Part shown: piece by piece, positions 17,437-26,306 of the stretch | Numbering within the stretch: position 1 is the first letter of the stretch | Layout of the letters: each line of letters begins with the position of its first letter | Origin: Corallococcus sp. BB11-1 | GTDB lineage: Bacteria; Myxococcota; Myxococcia; Myxococcales; Myxococcaceae | DNA: 50,632 nt | Direction of reading: 5' to 3' | Assembly (NCBI RefSeq): GCF_026626625.1 | Contig: NZ_JAPNJY010000032.1 | Coordinates: forward strand, 138,976-189,607 | Notes under the pieces: generated by a model | The model's input: only the letters and a program-made list of their open reading frames with translations | Database searches by the model: none | Told to the model about the DNA's origin: nothing | Made by a program: the position numbers and the translations under genes

Positions 17437-20400
17437 ATGCGTCTCAGGGAAAAGCTTTTGACCAGCCTGCTGCTGGTGCCCATGGCGGGCACCAGTGCGT
17501 GGGCCAAGGAGCGGTCGAACTACGACGCGTTCCTGGAGCAGAAGGAGTCGCGCTCGCTGGCCGTGGACCCCACCACGGCGGTGTCGCGCGGTCTTCGCGT
17601 CGAGCAGACCGAGCAGCGGCTCGGCGTGCCCACGTTCGCGTGGGCGACGCAGGATGGCGCGCAGTCCAAGTCCGTCATCCGCAACGGCATGACGGCGGAA
17701 GGCGCGGCGCGCGCGCACCTGCAGACGGTGGCGGACAGCTACCGCCTGACCCGCGATGACGTCGCCAGCGCCACGCTGCGCGCGGTGCACAACACGGGCA
17801 AGGGCCCGATCATCGCCACCTTCCACCAGACGGTGGGCGGCATCCCGGTCTTCCGCAACGAGATCAAGGTCATCATGGGCCAGGACCTGCGCCTGGTGGC
17901 CGTCAGCGGCTACCTGGCCCCGTCCGAAATGACGCTCAACGCGCGCCTGAAGGCCCGCGGCGCGGGTTCCTTCCGCCTGGGCGCCTCGGAGGCCGTCTCC
18001 GGTGCGTTCAAGGACCTGACGGGCACCGGCGCGCAGGCCGCGTCGTTCGTCAACACCGGCACGCAGGGCGAGTACACCTTCTTCGAGCTGGCCCCGTCCG
18101 CGCAGGCGTCCCTGTCGCAGGGCCTGACCACCCCGGCCCGCGCCCGGCAGGTGTTCTTCACGCTGTCCGGCGCGCTCGAGCCCGCCTGGTACGTGGAGGT
18201 CAACGCCGGCCCGAAGGCCGCGCGCTCCAGCCAGTACTTCGGCTACGTGGTGTCGGCGACCACCGGCCAGGTGCTCTTCCGCAACGACCTGACGGCGGAC
18301 GTGGGCGGCACGCCCTTCACCTACAAGGTCTGGGCGGACACGACGTCTCCGTTCATCCCGGAGGACGGTCCCCAGGGCAACGACGCGACCCCGCACCCCA
18401 CGGGCCTGCGCGACGGCTTCCAGCTGCCCCTGAACCGCCCGCAGAGCGACATCACCATCGCCAACACGCCGTTCACCAAGAACGACCCGTGGCTGCCGGC
18501 GAACGCGACGCAGACCACCGGTAACAACGTGGACGCGTACGCGGACCTCGCGGCGCCGGACGGCTTCACGCCCGGCACCGCGGACCTGCGCCCGGAGACG
18601 ACGGCGGCCAACACCTTCGGCCACGTCTTCGACCAGAACCTGGCTCCGAACGCCAACGCCACGCAGATCAAGGCGGCGGTCGTGAACCTGTTCTACGTGA
18701 ACAACTTCCTTCACGACTGGTTCTACGACGCCGGCTTCGACGAGGCCGCCGGCAACGCCCAGTCGTTCAACTTCGGCCGTGGCGGCGCGGAAGGCGACCC
18801 GCTCCAGGCCCAGGGCCAGGACTACGGCGGCCGCAACAACGCGAACATGAGCACGCCGGCCGACGGTGCGTCGCCGCGCATGCAGATGTACGTGTTCGAC
18901 GGCACGCCCGAGCTGAACGTGACGGCGCCGGCGTCGCTCGCGGGCAACTACGACTCCGGTTCGGCGTCGTTCGGTGCCCAGGTGTTCGACGTGACGGGGG
19001 ACGTCGTCGCGGCCCCCAACAACGGCTGCGCGCCCTTCGAGGCAGGTGCCTTCCAGGGGAAGATTGCCCTCATCGACCGCGGTGCCTGCGACTTCTCCGC
19101 CAAGGCGCTGAACGCGCAGAACGCGGGCGCCATCGCGGCGGTCATCGGCAACAACGCGCCGGGCGAGGCTCCCGGACTGGGCGGCGCGAACCCCGCGGTG
19201 ACCATCGCCACGCAGTCCATCACCCAGGCCGCCGCCATCGAGTGGAAGGCGGCGCTGGCGACGGACACCGTCACGGTGAAGATGCGCCGCGTGGCGGCGC
19301 TGGACCGCGACGGCACGCTCGACAACGGCATCATCGCCCACGAGTGGGGCCACTACATCAGCAACCGCCTCATCGGTAACGCCGCGGGCCTCAGCAACAA
19401 CCAGGGCCGCGCGATGGGCGAGGGCTGGGGCGACTTCCACGCGCAGATCATGCAGGTGCGTGAGAGCGACCGGACCAAGCCCGGCAACGCCCAGTACCAG
19501 GGCGTCTACACCAACGCCGGCTACACCTCCAGCGGTGGCAAGAACAACGGCTACTACTTCGGCATCCGTCGCATCCCCTATTCGACGGACCTCACGAAGA
19601 ACGCCCTGACGTTCAAGCACATCCAGAACTTCACCGCGCTGCCGGCCGAGCAGATGTCGGGCACGGTGACGGGTGAGATCAACAGCCAGGTCCACAACAG
19701 CGGTGAGATCTGGGCCACGATGCTGTGGGAGGCCTACGCGAGCCTGCTGAACGCGCACCCCTTCCAGGAGGCCCAGGACCGCATGAAGCGGTACCTGGTC
19801 GCCGCCTACAAGGCGACGCCGAACGCGCCCACCTACATTGAAGCGCGTGACGCGCTGTGGGCCGTGGCCCTGGCGTCGGACCCGGCGGACTACCAGCGCT
19901 TCGTGGCGGCGTTCGCCAAGCGCGGCGCGGGTCACGGCGCCAAGGCGCCGGACCGCAACTCCTTCGACCACATCGGCGTGACGGAGAGCTTCTCGGCGGG
20001 CGGCAACCTGGAGGTCGTCAGCATCAAGCTGGATGACAGCCAGCTGGGCTGCGACCACGACGGCGTCCTCGACGTCGACGAGCAGGGTCAGCTCAAGGTC
20101 ACCGTGCGCAACGTGGGCGGTGGCGGACTGAGCGCCTTCAGCGGCACGGTCAGCACCTCCAGCACCACGGCCACCCTGGGCTTCCCCAGCGGCAACCAGA
20201 TCAACGTCCCCGCGCTGTCGCGCGGCGCGCAGGCCACCGTCACCCTGCCGGTGGTCCTCACGGCGACGTCCGACGACCTCGCCCGCGCGGGCCTGAAGAT
20301 CGTCTTCGACTCCCCGGAGATCCCGCCGGCGGCGAAGACGGTGACGTTCGACCCTCGCGTCAACTACGACGACGTGCCCGCGGTCAGCAACACGGAGGCC

Positions 20401-22596
20401 TTCGAGTCCGGCCTGGCGTCCTGGACGCTGTCGCAGAACCTGTCCTCGTCGGGTGACTTCACGCTCGAGGGGCCGGTGGAGAACCGGTACGCGCACGGCA
20501 CCAACCCCGCCGCGGCGACGGAGATCACCCTCACCAGCCCCTGGATGTCGGTGGACGATGCCGCGGACTTCACCATCAGCTACAAGTACCGTCACTCCTT
20601 CGAGGAGGACTACTCCACGGGCGCGGCCTACGACGGCGCGGTGCTGGAGTTCACGGTCGACGGCATCGACTGGATCGACCCCTGGGATCTGTACCCGGTG
20701 GTGGACGCGGATCCGGGCTACACGGCGTACATCTCCGAAGGCGGCCTGAACCCCATCGAGGGTCGCGCGGCCATGGCGCTGGCGAGCGCGGGCTTCCCGG
20801 CCTTCACGTCCGCGAGCATCAACTTCGGGACGTTCTTCCCGGACCTGGGCCTCAAGAACGTGCGCTTCCGCTTCCGCGTCGCCGGCGACATCGCGGTGGG
20901 TGCGTACGGTCTGGACGTGGATGACGTGGCGTTCACCGGCGCGACGCCGGTGTTCGCGTCGCAGGCGCCGCAGGCGGCGTCGGGCGGCACCTGCAACCTC
21001 CGCCCCATCGCCAACCCGGGCCCGTCGCGGGTGGCGCTGCAGGCGGTCCCCGAGGCCAGCATCGTCGGTGGGGTGTACACGCGCACCACCATCCCCCTGA
21101 ACGGCACGGGCAGCTTCGACCCGGACGCCGCCGCCGGTGACACGCTCACCTACGCCTGGACCCAGGTCGGTGGCGCCACGCCCGTGACGCTGACGGGCGC
21201 GGACACCGCGACGCCCAGCTTCGTGGCGGACGTGGACTACAGCGACACCCTCGCCTTCCAGCTCGTCGTCACCGACGCGGCCGGCAAGACGAGCGCCCCG
21301 AAGACGGTGCAGATCGAGATCATCGACGTGAACCAGCCGCCGGTCGCCGTGGCCACCGCGCCCGCGACGGTGAACGAGCGTGACACCACGCCCGTGACGC
21401 TGGACGCGTCGGGCTCCTCGGACGCGGACCGCGTGGACGCGGCGTCCCTGGGCTTCACCTGGACGCAGACGGGCGGCACGCCCAAGGTGACGCTGACCAA
21501 CGCCAACCGCGCCAAGGCCACGTTCCTGGCGCCCGAGGTGACGGCGGACACGCAGCTCACCTTCACGGTGAGCGTGACGGACGGCACCGCGACGGTGTCC
21601 AAGGCCGTCTCCGTGACGGTGAAGAACGTGGACCGCGCTCCGGTGGCCAACGCCGGCGCGGACTTCGACGCGGACGCCCGCTCCACCGTGACCCTGGCCG
21701 GCTCCGGCTCGGACGCGGATGGCACGGCGGTGACGTACCTCTGGGAGCAGACCGCGGGCGCGGCGGTGACCCTGACGGGCGCTGACACGGCCACGGCGGG
21801 CTTCACGGCGCCGGACGTCAACACCGCCACCGAGCTGACCTTCCAGCTCACGGTGACGTCGGGCGGCCAGTCCACCACGGACCTGGTCAACGTCACGGTG
21901 CGCAAGCTGAACCGTCACCCGGTGGGCGAGGCTCCGGCCGCGATCTCCGCGGACGAGGGCAGCAACGTGGAGCTGGACGCTTCCGGCATCACGGATCCGG
22001 ACGGTGACGCGCTCACCTACGCCTGGACCCAGGTCGGTGGCCCCGCGGCGCTCAACGTCACGGGCACGGACGCGGCCACGCTGAAGTTCACCGCGCCGCA
22101 GGTCCAGGCCGACACGGCCCTGGCCTTCAGCCTGTTGGTGAAGGACGTGGAAGGCGCGACGGTCGGTCCGTTCGTCCACACGGTGACGGTGAAGCAGGTG
22201 AACCAGGCGCCGGTCGCCAAGGCCCGGGTCATCTCGGGCGTGCGTGGCGGTGAGCTGGTGCGGGTGGACGCCTCGACGTCCTCCGACCCGGACAACGAGA
22301 CGCTGACGTACGCGTGGACGCAGACGGCGGGCTCCTCCGTGAGCCTGACGGGGGCGAACAGCGCCGAAGCCAGCTTCACGCCGGCGAAGAAGAAGACCGC
22401 GGAGACCTACGCCTTCACCGTGACGGTGACGGACGCGGCCGGTGCCAGCAGCACCGCCGACGTGCAGGTCAACGTGCCGAAGTTCGAGGAAGAGGGCGGC
22501 GGCTGCTCGTCCGCCGGCGGCTCCGTGGGCGGGATGGCTCCGCTGATGGCGCTGTTCGCGGCCATGGGCCTGCTGCGCCGTCGCAGGTCGGCGTAA
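17437..22596 (+). CDS. Secreted multidomain zinc metalloprotease (M36/fungalysin-like HEWGH), with FTP-like propeptide, PA domain, five ~100-aa Ig/PKD-like repeats and a MYXO-CTERM sorting tail
   Basis: aaggaagg RBS before the ATG at 17437, then a signal peptide. HEXXH at 19339..19353 (IIAHEWGHYISNRLIGN). PA-like segment (GKIALIDRGACDFSAKALNAQNAGAIAAVIGNN). Repeated LTYAWTQVGG...VTLTGADTA modules. C-terminal GGGCSSAGGSVGG + hydrophobic stretch + RRRRSA. Confidence 0.8.
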   Translation: MRLREKLLTSLLLVPMAGTSAWAKERSNYDAFLEQKESRSLAVDPTTAVSRGLRVEQTEQRLGVPTFAWATQDGAQSKSVIRNGMTAEGAARAHLQTVADSYRLTRDDVASATLRAVHNTGKGPIIATFHQTVGGIPVFRNEIKVIMGQDLRLVAVSGYLAPSEMTLNARLKARGAGSFRLGASEAVSGAFKDLTGTGAQAASFVNTGTQGEYTFFELAPSAQASLSQGLTTPARARQVFFTLSGALEPAWYVEVNAGPKAARSSQYFGYVVSATTGQVLFRNDLTADVGGTPFTYKVWADTTSPFIPEDGPQGNDATPHPTGLRDGFQLPLNRPQSDITIANTPFTKNDPWLPANATQTTGNNVDAYADLAAPDGFTPGTADLRPETTAANTFGHVFDQNLAPNANATQIKAAVVNLFYVNNFLHDWFYDAGFDEAAGNAQSFNFGRGGAEGDPLQAQGQDYGGRNNANMSTPADGASPRMQMYVFDGTPELNVTAPASLAGNYDSGSASFGAQVFDVTGDVVAAPNNGCAPFEAGAFQGKIALIDRGACDFSAKALNAQNAGAIAAVIGNNAPGEAPGLGGANPAVTIATQSITQAAAIEWKAALATDTVTVKMRRVAALDRDGTLDNGIIAHEWGHYISNRLIGNAAGLSNNQGRAMGEGWGDFHAQIMQVRESDRTKPGNAQYQGVYTNAGYTSSGGKNNGYYFGIRRIPYSTDLTKNALTFKHIQNFTALPAEQMSGTVTGEINSQVHNSGEIWATMLWEAYASLLNAHPFQEAQDRMKRYLVAAYKATPNAPTYIEARDALWAVALASDPADYQRFVAAFAKRGAGHGAKAPDRNSFDHIGVTESFSAGGNLEVVSIKLDDSQLGCDHDGVLDVDEQGQLKVTVRNVGGGGLSAFSGTVSTSSTTATLGFPSGNQINVPALSRGAQATVTLPVVLTATSDDLARAGLKIVFDSPEIPPAAKTVTFDPRVNYDDVPAVSNTEAFESGLASWTLSQNLSSSGDFTLEGPVENRYAHGTNPAAATEITLTSPWMSVDDAADFTISYKYRHSFEEDYSTGAAYDGAVLEFTVDGIDWIDPWDLYPVVDADPGYTAYISEGGLNPIEGRAAMALASAGFPAFTSASINFGTFFPDLGLKNVRFRFRVAGDIAVGAYGLDVDDVAFTGATPVFASQAPQAASGGTCNLRPIANPGPSRVALQAVPEASIVGGVYTRTTIPLNGTGSFDPDAAAGDTLTYAWTQVGGATPVTLTGADTATPSFVADVDYSDTLAFQLVVTDAAGKTSAPKTVQIEIIDVNQPPVAVATAPATVNERDTTPVTLDASGSSDADRVDAASLGFTWTQTGGTPKVTLTNANRAKATFLAPEVTADTQLTFTVSVTDGTATVSKAVSVTVKNVDRAPVANAGADFDADARSTVTLAGSGSDADGTAVTYLWEQTAGAAVTLTGADTATAGFTAPDVNTATELTFQLTVTSGGQSTTDLVNVTVRKLNRHPVGEAPAAISADEGSNVELDASGITDPDGDALTYAWTQVGGPAALNVTGTDAATLKFTAPQVQADTALAFSLLVKDVEGATVGPFVHTVTVKQVNQAPVAKARVISGVRGGELVRVDASTSSDPDNETLTYAWTQTAGSSVSLTGANSAEASFTPAKKKTAETYAFTVTVTDAAGASSTADVQVNVPKFEEEGGGCSSAGGSVGGMAPLMALFAAMGLLRRRRSA
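21030..22485 (+). repeat. Five tandem ~300-nt coding repeats (Ig/PKD/cadherin-like modules) within the protease gene
   Basis: The encoded pattern recurs five times: NxAPVAxA...VxLDxSxSxDxD...LTYxWTQxxG..VTLTGADTA...F.AP.V......F.LxVTD. Confidence 0.6.
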
Positions 22597-22637
22597 GGCA
22601 CCCAACGGCTTCGGCAATCTGAAGCCCTGAAGTGAAC

Positions 22638-22680
22638 GAGGGGCGGTTCCCGACACGGGAGCCGCCCCTCTCTTCTTTCC
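22638..22680 (+). terminator. Rho-independent terminator after the protease gene
   Basis: 14-bp stem gaggggcggttccc / gggagccgcccctc with one G-U wobble and a 5-nt loop. It is followed by tcttctttcc and sits 42 nt after the stop at 22596. Confidence 0.55.
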
Positions 22681-22722
22681 ACCGGACACCCGCGCGCGGG
22701 GGGCGGTAGGCTTGGCCGCCTC

Positions 22723-23118
22723 ATGGCACGCACGTTCCAGGTGGGAGACACCTTCACGCACGTCCGCCAGTGCGACCGGCTGCGGCCGGTGTATTACGCG
22801 GGCGCTTCCGGGGACTACAACCCCATCCACATCGACCCGGAGGTGGGCAAGCTCGCCGGCTTCGACGGCGTCATCCTCCAGGGCCTCTGCACGCTGGGCT
22901 GGGCCGTGGAGGCCGTGGCCGTCTTCGTGGGGGACCCGGGCCTGGTGCGCCGCGTGCGGGTGCGCTTCTCCCGGCCGGTGCTGCCCGAGGACACCGTCAC
23001 CTTCCAGGGCCGCGTCGTCGCCATCGCGGATGGCCGGCTGCGCACGGAAGTCACCGCCACCAACCAGCGCGGCGAGCCCGTCCTCCGGGGCGCCGTCGTC
23101 GAAACCTCGCTCGGATAG
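22723..23118 (+). CDS. MaoC-like (R)-specific enoyl-CoA hydratase, hotdog fold
   Basis: Hotdog/MaoC active-site region YAGASGDYNPIHIDPEVGKLAGFDGVILQG. ATG at 22723. Confidence 0.8.
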   Translation: MARTFQVGDTFTHVRQCDRLRPVYYAGASGDYNPIHIDPEVGKLAGFDGVILQGLCTLGWAVEAVAVFVGDPGLVRRVRVRFSRPVLPEDTVTFQGRVVAIADGRLRTEVTATNQRGEPVLRGAVVETSLG

Positions 23119-23120
23119 CC

Positions 23121-23603
23121 ATGGCCCTGGACCCGAAGTTCGTCGGCCGCTCCTACGGCCCCTTCACGTATGAAATCGGCCGGGAGAAGCTGCGCGAGTT
23201 CTCCCTCATCCTCGCGGGCTCCGTGCCCTCCGCGGGCACCTTCGGCGAGCCGCCCGCCCACGTCAGTCCCCTGCTCTACGCGGACGACGCGGCGAAGGCG
23301 GGGCCCTACGGCGACGTCATCGCCTTTCCCAGCTTCGCGGTGGTGTTCGCCATCCGCCCCTTCAGCGCCGCCATCGCGGATCCGGAGCTGGGCGTGGACC
23401 GCGTGCGGCTGGTGCACGGCGAGCAGGAGCTGGAGTTCCTGGGCGTGATGCGCCCCGGGGACGTGCTCACCACCACGGGCCACATCCGCGAGCTGTACCG
23501 CAAGGCCGGGATGGACTTCCTCGTCGTCGCCACGGAGACGCTCAACGCGCGCGGCGAGCCGGTGGTGCGCGGCGTGTGGACGGCCGTCATCCGCCCCGCG
23601 TAG
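23121..23603 (+). CDS. Hotdog-fold protein resembling the MaoC N-terminal/dehydratase partner subunit
   Basis: The ATG at 23121 lies 2 nt after the upstream hotdog gene's stop. 160 aa. Sequence and size fit the second subunit of two-gene (HadAB/PhaJ-like) hydratase pairs. Confidence 0.65.
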   Translation: MALDPKFVGRSYGPFTYEIGREKLREFSLILAGSVPSAGTFGEPPAHVSPLLYADDAAKAGPYGDVIAFPSFAVVFAIRPFSAAIADPELGVDRVRLVHGEQELEFLGVMRPGDVLTTTGHIRELYRKAGMDFLVVATETLNARGEPVVRGVWTAVIRPA

Positions 23604-24372
23604 GCACGGGCGGCTCGCCGGGGGCGATGATGCCCTCGTCGAGCAGCTGCGCGAGGATGCGCGCGGTGTCCAGCCGCGACATCCCCGACAGCGCGAACAG
23701 GTCGTCGAAGCTCACCGCGCCGTCAATCTGCGCGAGCACGAAGCCCGCGCGGTGGTCCAGGTTGAGCCAGATGATGTCGTCCGGCTGCAACCGCACGCGC
23801 GGCATCCGGTTCAGGTCCCCCAGGCGGGCCTCCAGCATGCCCACCAGGATGCGCTCGCTGCGGTCGCGCAGCGCCTCCACGCGCGGGTCCTCCGGGGCCA
23901 GCGACTGGGCCCGGCGCAGCAGGTCCACCGCGCCCGAGTGGTCATCCAGCGTCAGGAGGTCCTCCGCCCCCTGGAGCAGGCACTCCACCTCCGAGCCCTG
24001 GGGGAGCGGCCCCATCCCGGAGCACGTCTCCGGGAGGCCGAACTCCTGCGTGCGGTGCGCCTCCGCGATGAGGTCCAACGCGTCCCCCGGCGCCCCCGTG
24101 CCCTCCGGGAGGCTCACCGACTCCGGCAGCGGCTCCGCGGGGCCGGGGCTGGCGGCTTCGGCCCAGGCGCCCCAGTCCCCTTCCAGGTCGGGCGCCGCGG
24201 CGTTCACCGGCGACGCGGAGCCGGGCCCCTGCGCCAGCAGCTGGCGCGCGCGCGCGTTCGCGGGATCCAGCTCCAGCGCCCGGACGAAGAGCCGCTCCGC
24301 GCCCGGCACGTCACCACTCAGCCGCAACAGCAACCCGGCTTCCACCAGTTGCCTGGCCCGGAGCGTGTTCAT
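23587..24372 (-). CDS. TPR-like hypothetical protein, last gene of the Hsp70 operon
   Basis: ATG at 24372. N-terminal TPR-like helices (RALELDPANARARQLL). Its C-terminal ~45 aa resemble the N-terminal module of the J-domain protein at 26307..27671. Its last 17 nt overlap the convergent 23121..23603 gene. Confidence 0.55.
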   Translation of the reverse strand: MNTLRARQLVEAGLLLRLSGDVPGAERLFVRALELDPANARARQLLAQGPGSASPVNAAAPDLEGDWGAWAEAASPGPAEPLPESVSLPEGTGAPGDALDLIAEAHRTQEFGLPETCSGMGPLPQGSEVECLLQGAEDLLTLDDHSGAVDLLRRAQSLAPEDPRVEALRDRSERILVGMLEARLGDLNRMPRVRLQPDDIIWLNLDHRAGFVLAQIDGAVSFDDLFALSGMSRLDTARILAQLLDEGIIAPGEPPVPTRGG

Positions 24373-24446
24373 GGGTGACTCCGTCGCGGCGCGGGACGCG
24401 GCCGGGGGGCACGGCGGGAGCGGACGGGGAGGCCGGGCATGCGTGG

Positions 24447-26291
24447 CTACCTTCCCGGCGTCCCGCGCGGACTGGCCGAGCGCAAGAGCGGCAGGCTCTG
24501 GGAGAGCGCCTCGCAGGCCCGCGTGAGCGCGCCCACGTCCTCGCCTCCGCGCACCTGCCGGGCGTGGTCCAGGGCCAGCTCCGCGCGGGCGACGACGTCC
24601 GGGGAGAGGCCCCCGGCGCCGGGCAGGAGCCGCACGCGGGAGAGCGCGTCCACCAGGTCGCGGGCGAGGGTGTCCAGCTCCACGCGCCGGGTCTTCAGCT
24701 CCTCCGAGGCCCGGGCGGTGACGAGCCAGTCGCGCTGCTCGTCCATGATGCGGCGCAGCTCGTCTTCCGTGAGGCCGCTGGACGCGGTGACGGTGATGGA
24801 CTGGCGCAGGCCCGTGTCCCGGTCCCTGGCGGACACGGACACGATGCCCTCCGCGTTGATGTCGAACGTCACCTCTATCTCCACCTGGCCGCGCGGCGCT
24901 TCGCGCAGGCCGGTGAGGAGGAACTCGCCCAGCAGCTCGTTGTGGTGCGCCAGTTCGTGCTCGCCCTGGAGCACCATGATCTTCACCGTGCGCTGGAAGT
25001 CCTTGGACGTGGCGAACACCTCCGTCGCGGACGTGGGCACGGTGGTGTTGCGCGGAATCAGCCGGCGCACGTAGCCGCCCGCGATGGCCACGCCCATGCT
25101 CTGCGGCGTGACGTCCAGCAGCAGCAGCTCACCCTCCTGCGCCACCAGCGCGTGCGCCTGGATGGCGGCGCCCAGGGCCACCACCTCCTCCGCGTGCACG
25201 CCCTTGCAGGGCTCGCGGCGGAAGTACTGGCGCACCTGCTCCACGATGCGGGGCATGCGCGACATGCCCCCCACGAGGACGACCTCCTTGAGCTCCGAGG
25301 GGCGCACGTTCGCCTCGCCCAGCACCTCGGACGTGATGCCCACCAGGCGCTCGCCCAGGTCCGCCGTCAGGTCCTCCAGCTTCTCGCGGGTGAGCGTGGA
25401 CTGCAGGTGCAGCGCGGCGCCTCCGCCCGGCGGCGTGCAGATGAAGGGCAGGTGCACCTGCGTCTCCTTCACCGACGACAGCTCCACCTTGGCCTTCTCC
25501 GCGGCGTCCTTCAGCCGCTGCAAGGCCATGCGGTCCTTGCGCAGGTCGATGCCGTGCTCCTTCGCGAAGCCGAACACCATCCATTCGATGATGCGGTGGT
25601 CCCAGTCCTCGCCGCCCAGGAAGGTGTCGCCGCCCGTCGCCACCACGTCGAAGATGCCGTTGTTGATCTCCAGCACCGACACGTCGAAGGTGCCGCCGCC
25701 CAGGTCCAGCACGGCGATCTTCCCGTTCACCGTGCGCCCGAAGCCGTACGCCAGCGCCGCCGCCGTGGGCTCGTTGATGATGCGCAGCACGTCCAGCCCG
25801 GCGATGCGGCCCGCGTCCTTGGTGGCCTGGCGCTGGCCGTCGTTGAAGTAGGCCGGCACGGTGATGACGGCCTGGGTGACGGGCCGGCCGAAGTGGGCCT
25901 CCGCGTCCGCCTTCAGCTCGGCCAGTATCATCGCGCTGACCTCCGGCACGGCCAGGTCGCGGCCGGCCAGGCGGATGCGCACGTCGTCGTGCGCGCCGCA
26001 CACCACCTGGTACGTCAGGGCGCGCATCGCGTCCTGCACCGGGCGCGAGGAGAACTTGCGCCCGATGAGGCGCTTGGCCGCGGACACCGTCTCCTGCGGG
26101 TTGGTGATGGCCTGCCGCTTGGCGATGCCGCCCACCAGCCGCTTGCCGTTCTTCGACACCGCCACCACGGACGGGGTGAGGGGCACGCCGGTGCGGTTCT
26201 TGATGATGAGGGGCTGACCGTCCTGCACGGTGGCGACGAGGCTGTTCGTCGTCCCCAGGTCGATGCCAATGAGCGGTTCGGACTCAGCCAT
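24447..26291 (-). CDS. Hsp70-family chaperone (DnaK paralog)
   Basis: [18 protein letters not shown] and [10 protein letters not shown] motifs, full length (614 aa). ATG at 26291. Divergent C-terminus and no adjacent grpE suggest a specialised paralog rather than housekeeping DnaK. Confidence 0.9.
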   Translation of the reverse strand: MAESEPLIGIDLGTTNSLVATVQDGQPLIIKNRTGVPLTPSVVAVSKNGKRLVGGIAKRQAITNPQETVSAAKRLIGRKFSSRPVQDAMRALTYQVVCGAHDDVRIRLAGRDLAVPEVSAMILAELKADAEAHFGRPVTQAVITVPAYFNDGQRQATKDAGRIAGLDVLRIINEPTAAALAYGFGRTVNGKIAVLDLGGGTFDVSVLEINNGIFDVVATGGDTFLGGEDWDHRIIEWMVFGFAKEHGIDLRKDRMALQRLKDAAEKAKVELSSVKETQVHLPFICTPPGGGAALHLQSTLTREKLEDLTADLGERLVGITSEVLGEANVRPSELKEVVLVGGMSRMPRIVEQVRQYFRREPCKGVHAEEVVALGAAIQAHALVAQEGELLLLDVTPQSMGVAIAGGYVRRLIPRNTTVPTSATEVFATSKDFQRTVKIMVLQGEHELAHHNELLGEFLLTGLREAPRGQVEIEVTFDINAEGIVSVSARDRDTGLRQSITVTASSGLTEDELRRIMDEQRDWLVTARASEELKTRRVELDTLARDLVDALSRVRLLPGAGGLSPDVVARAELALDHARQVRGGEDVGALTRACEALSQSLPLLRSASPRGTPGR

Positions 26292-26306
26292 GGGGGAGCA
26301 TGCACC

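Noticed and set aside
17302-22830. 1842-aa ORF on the minus strand spanning the whole protease gene
   Set aside because: It is antisense to a gene with a strong RBS, signal peptide, HEXXH site, repeat domains and MYXO-CTERM tail. Long antisense ORFs are expected at ~70% GC, and it has no recognisable motifs.
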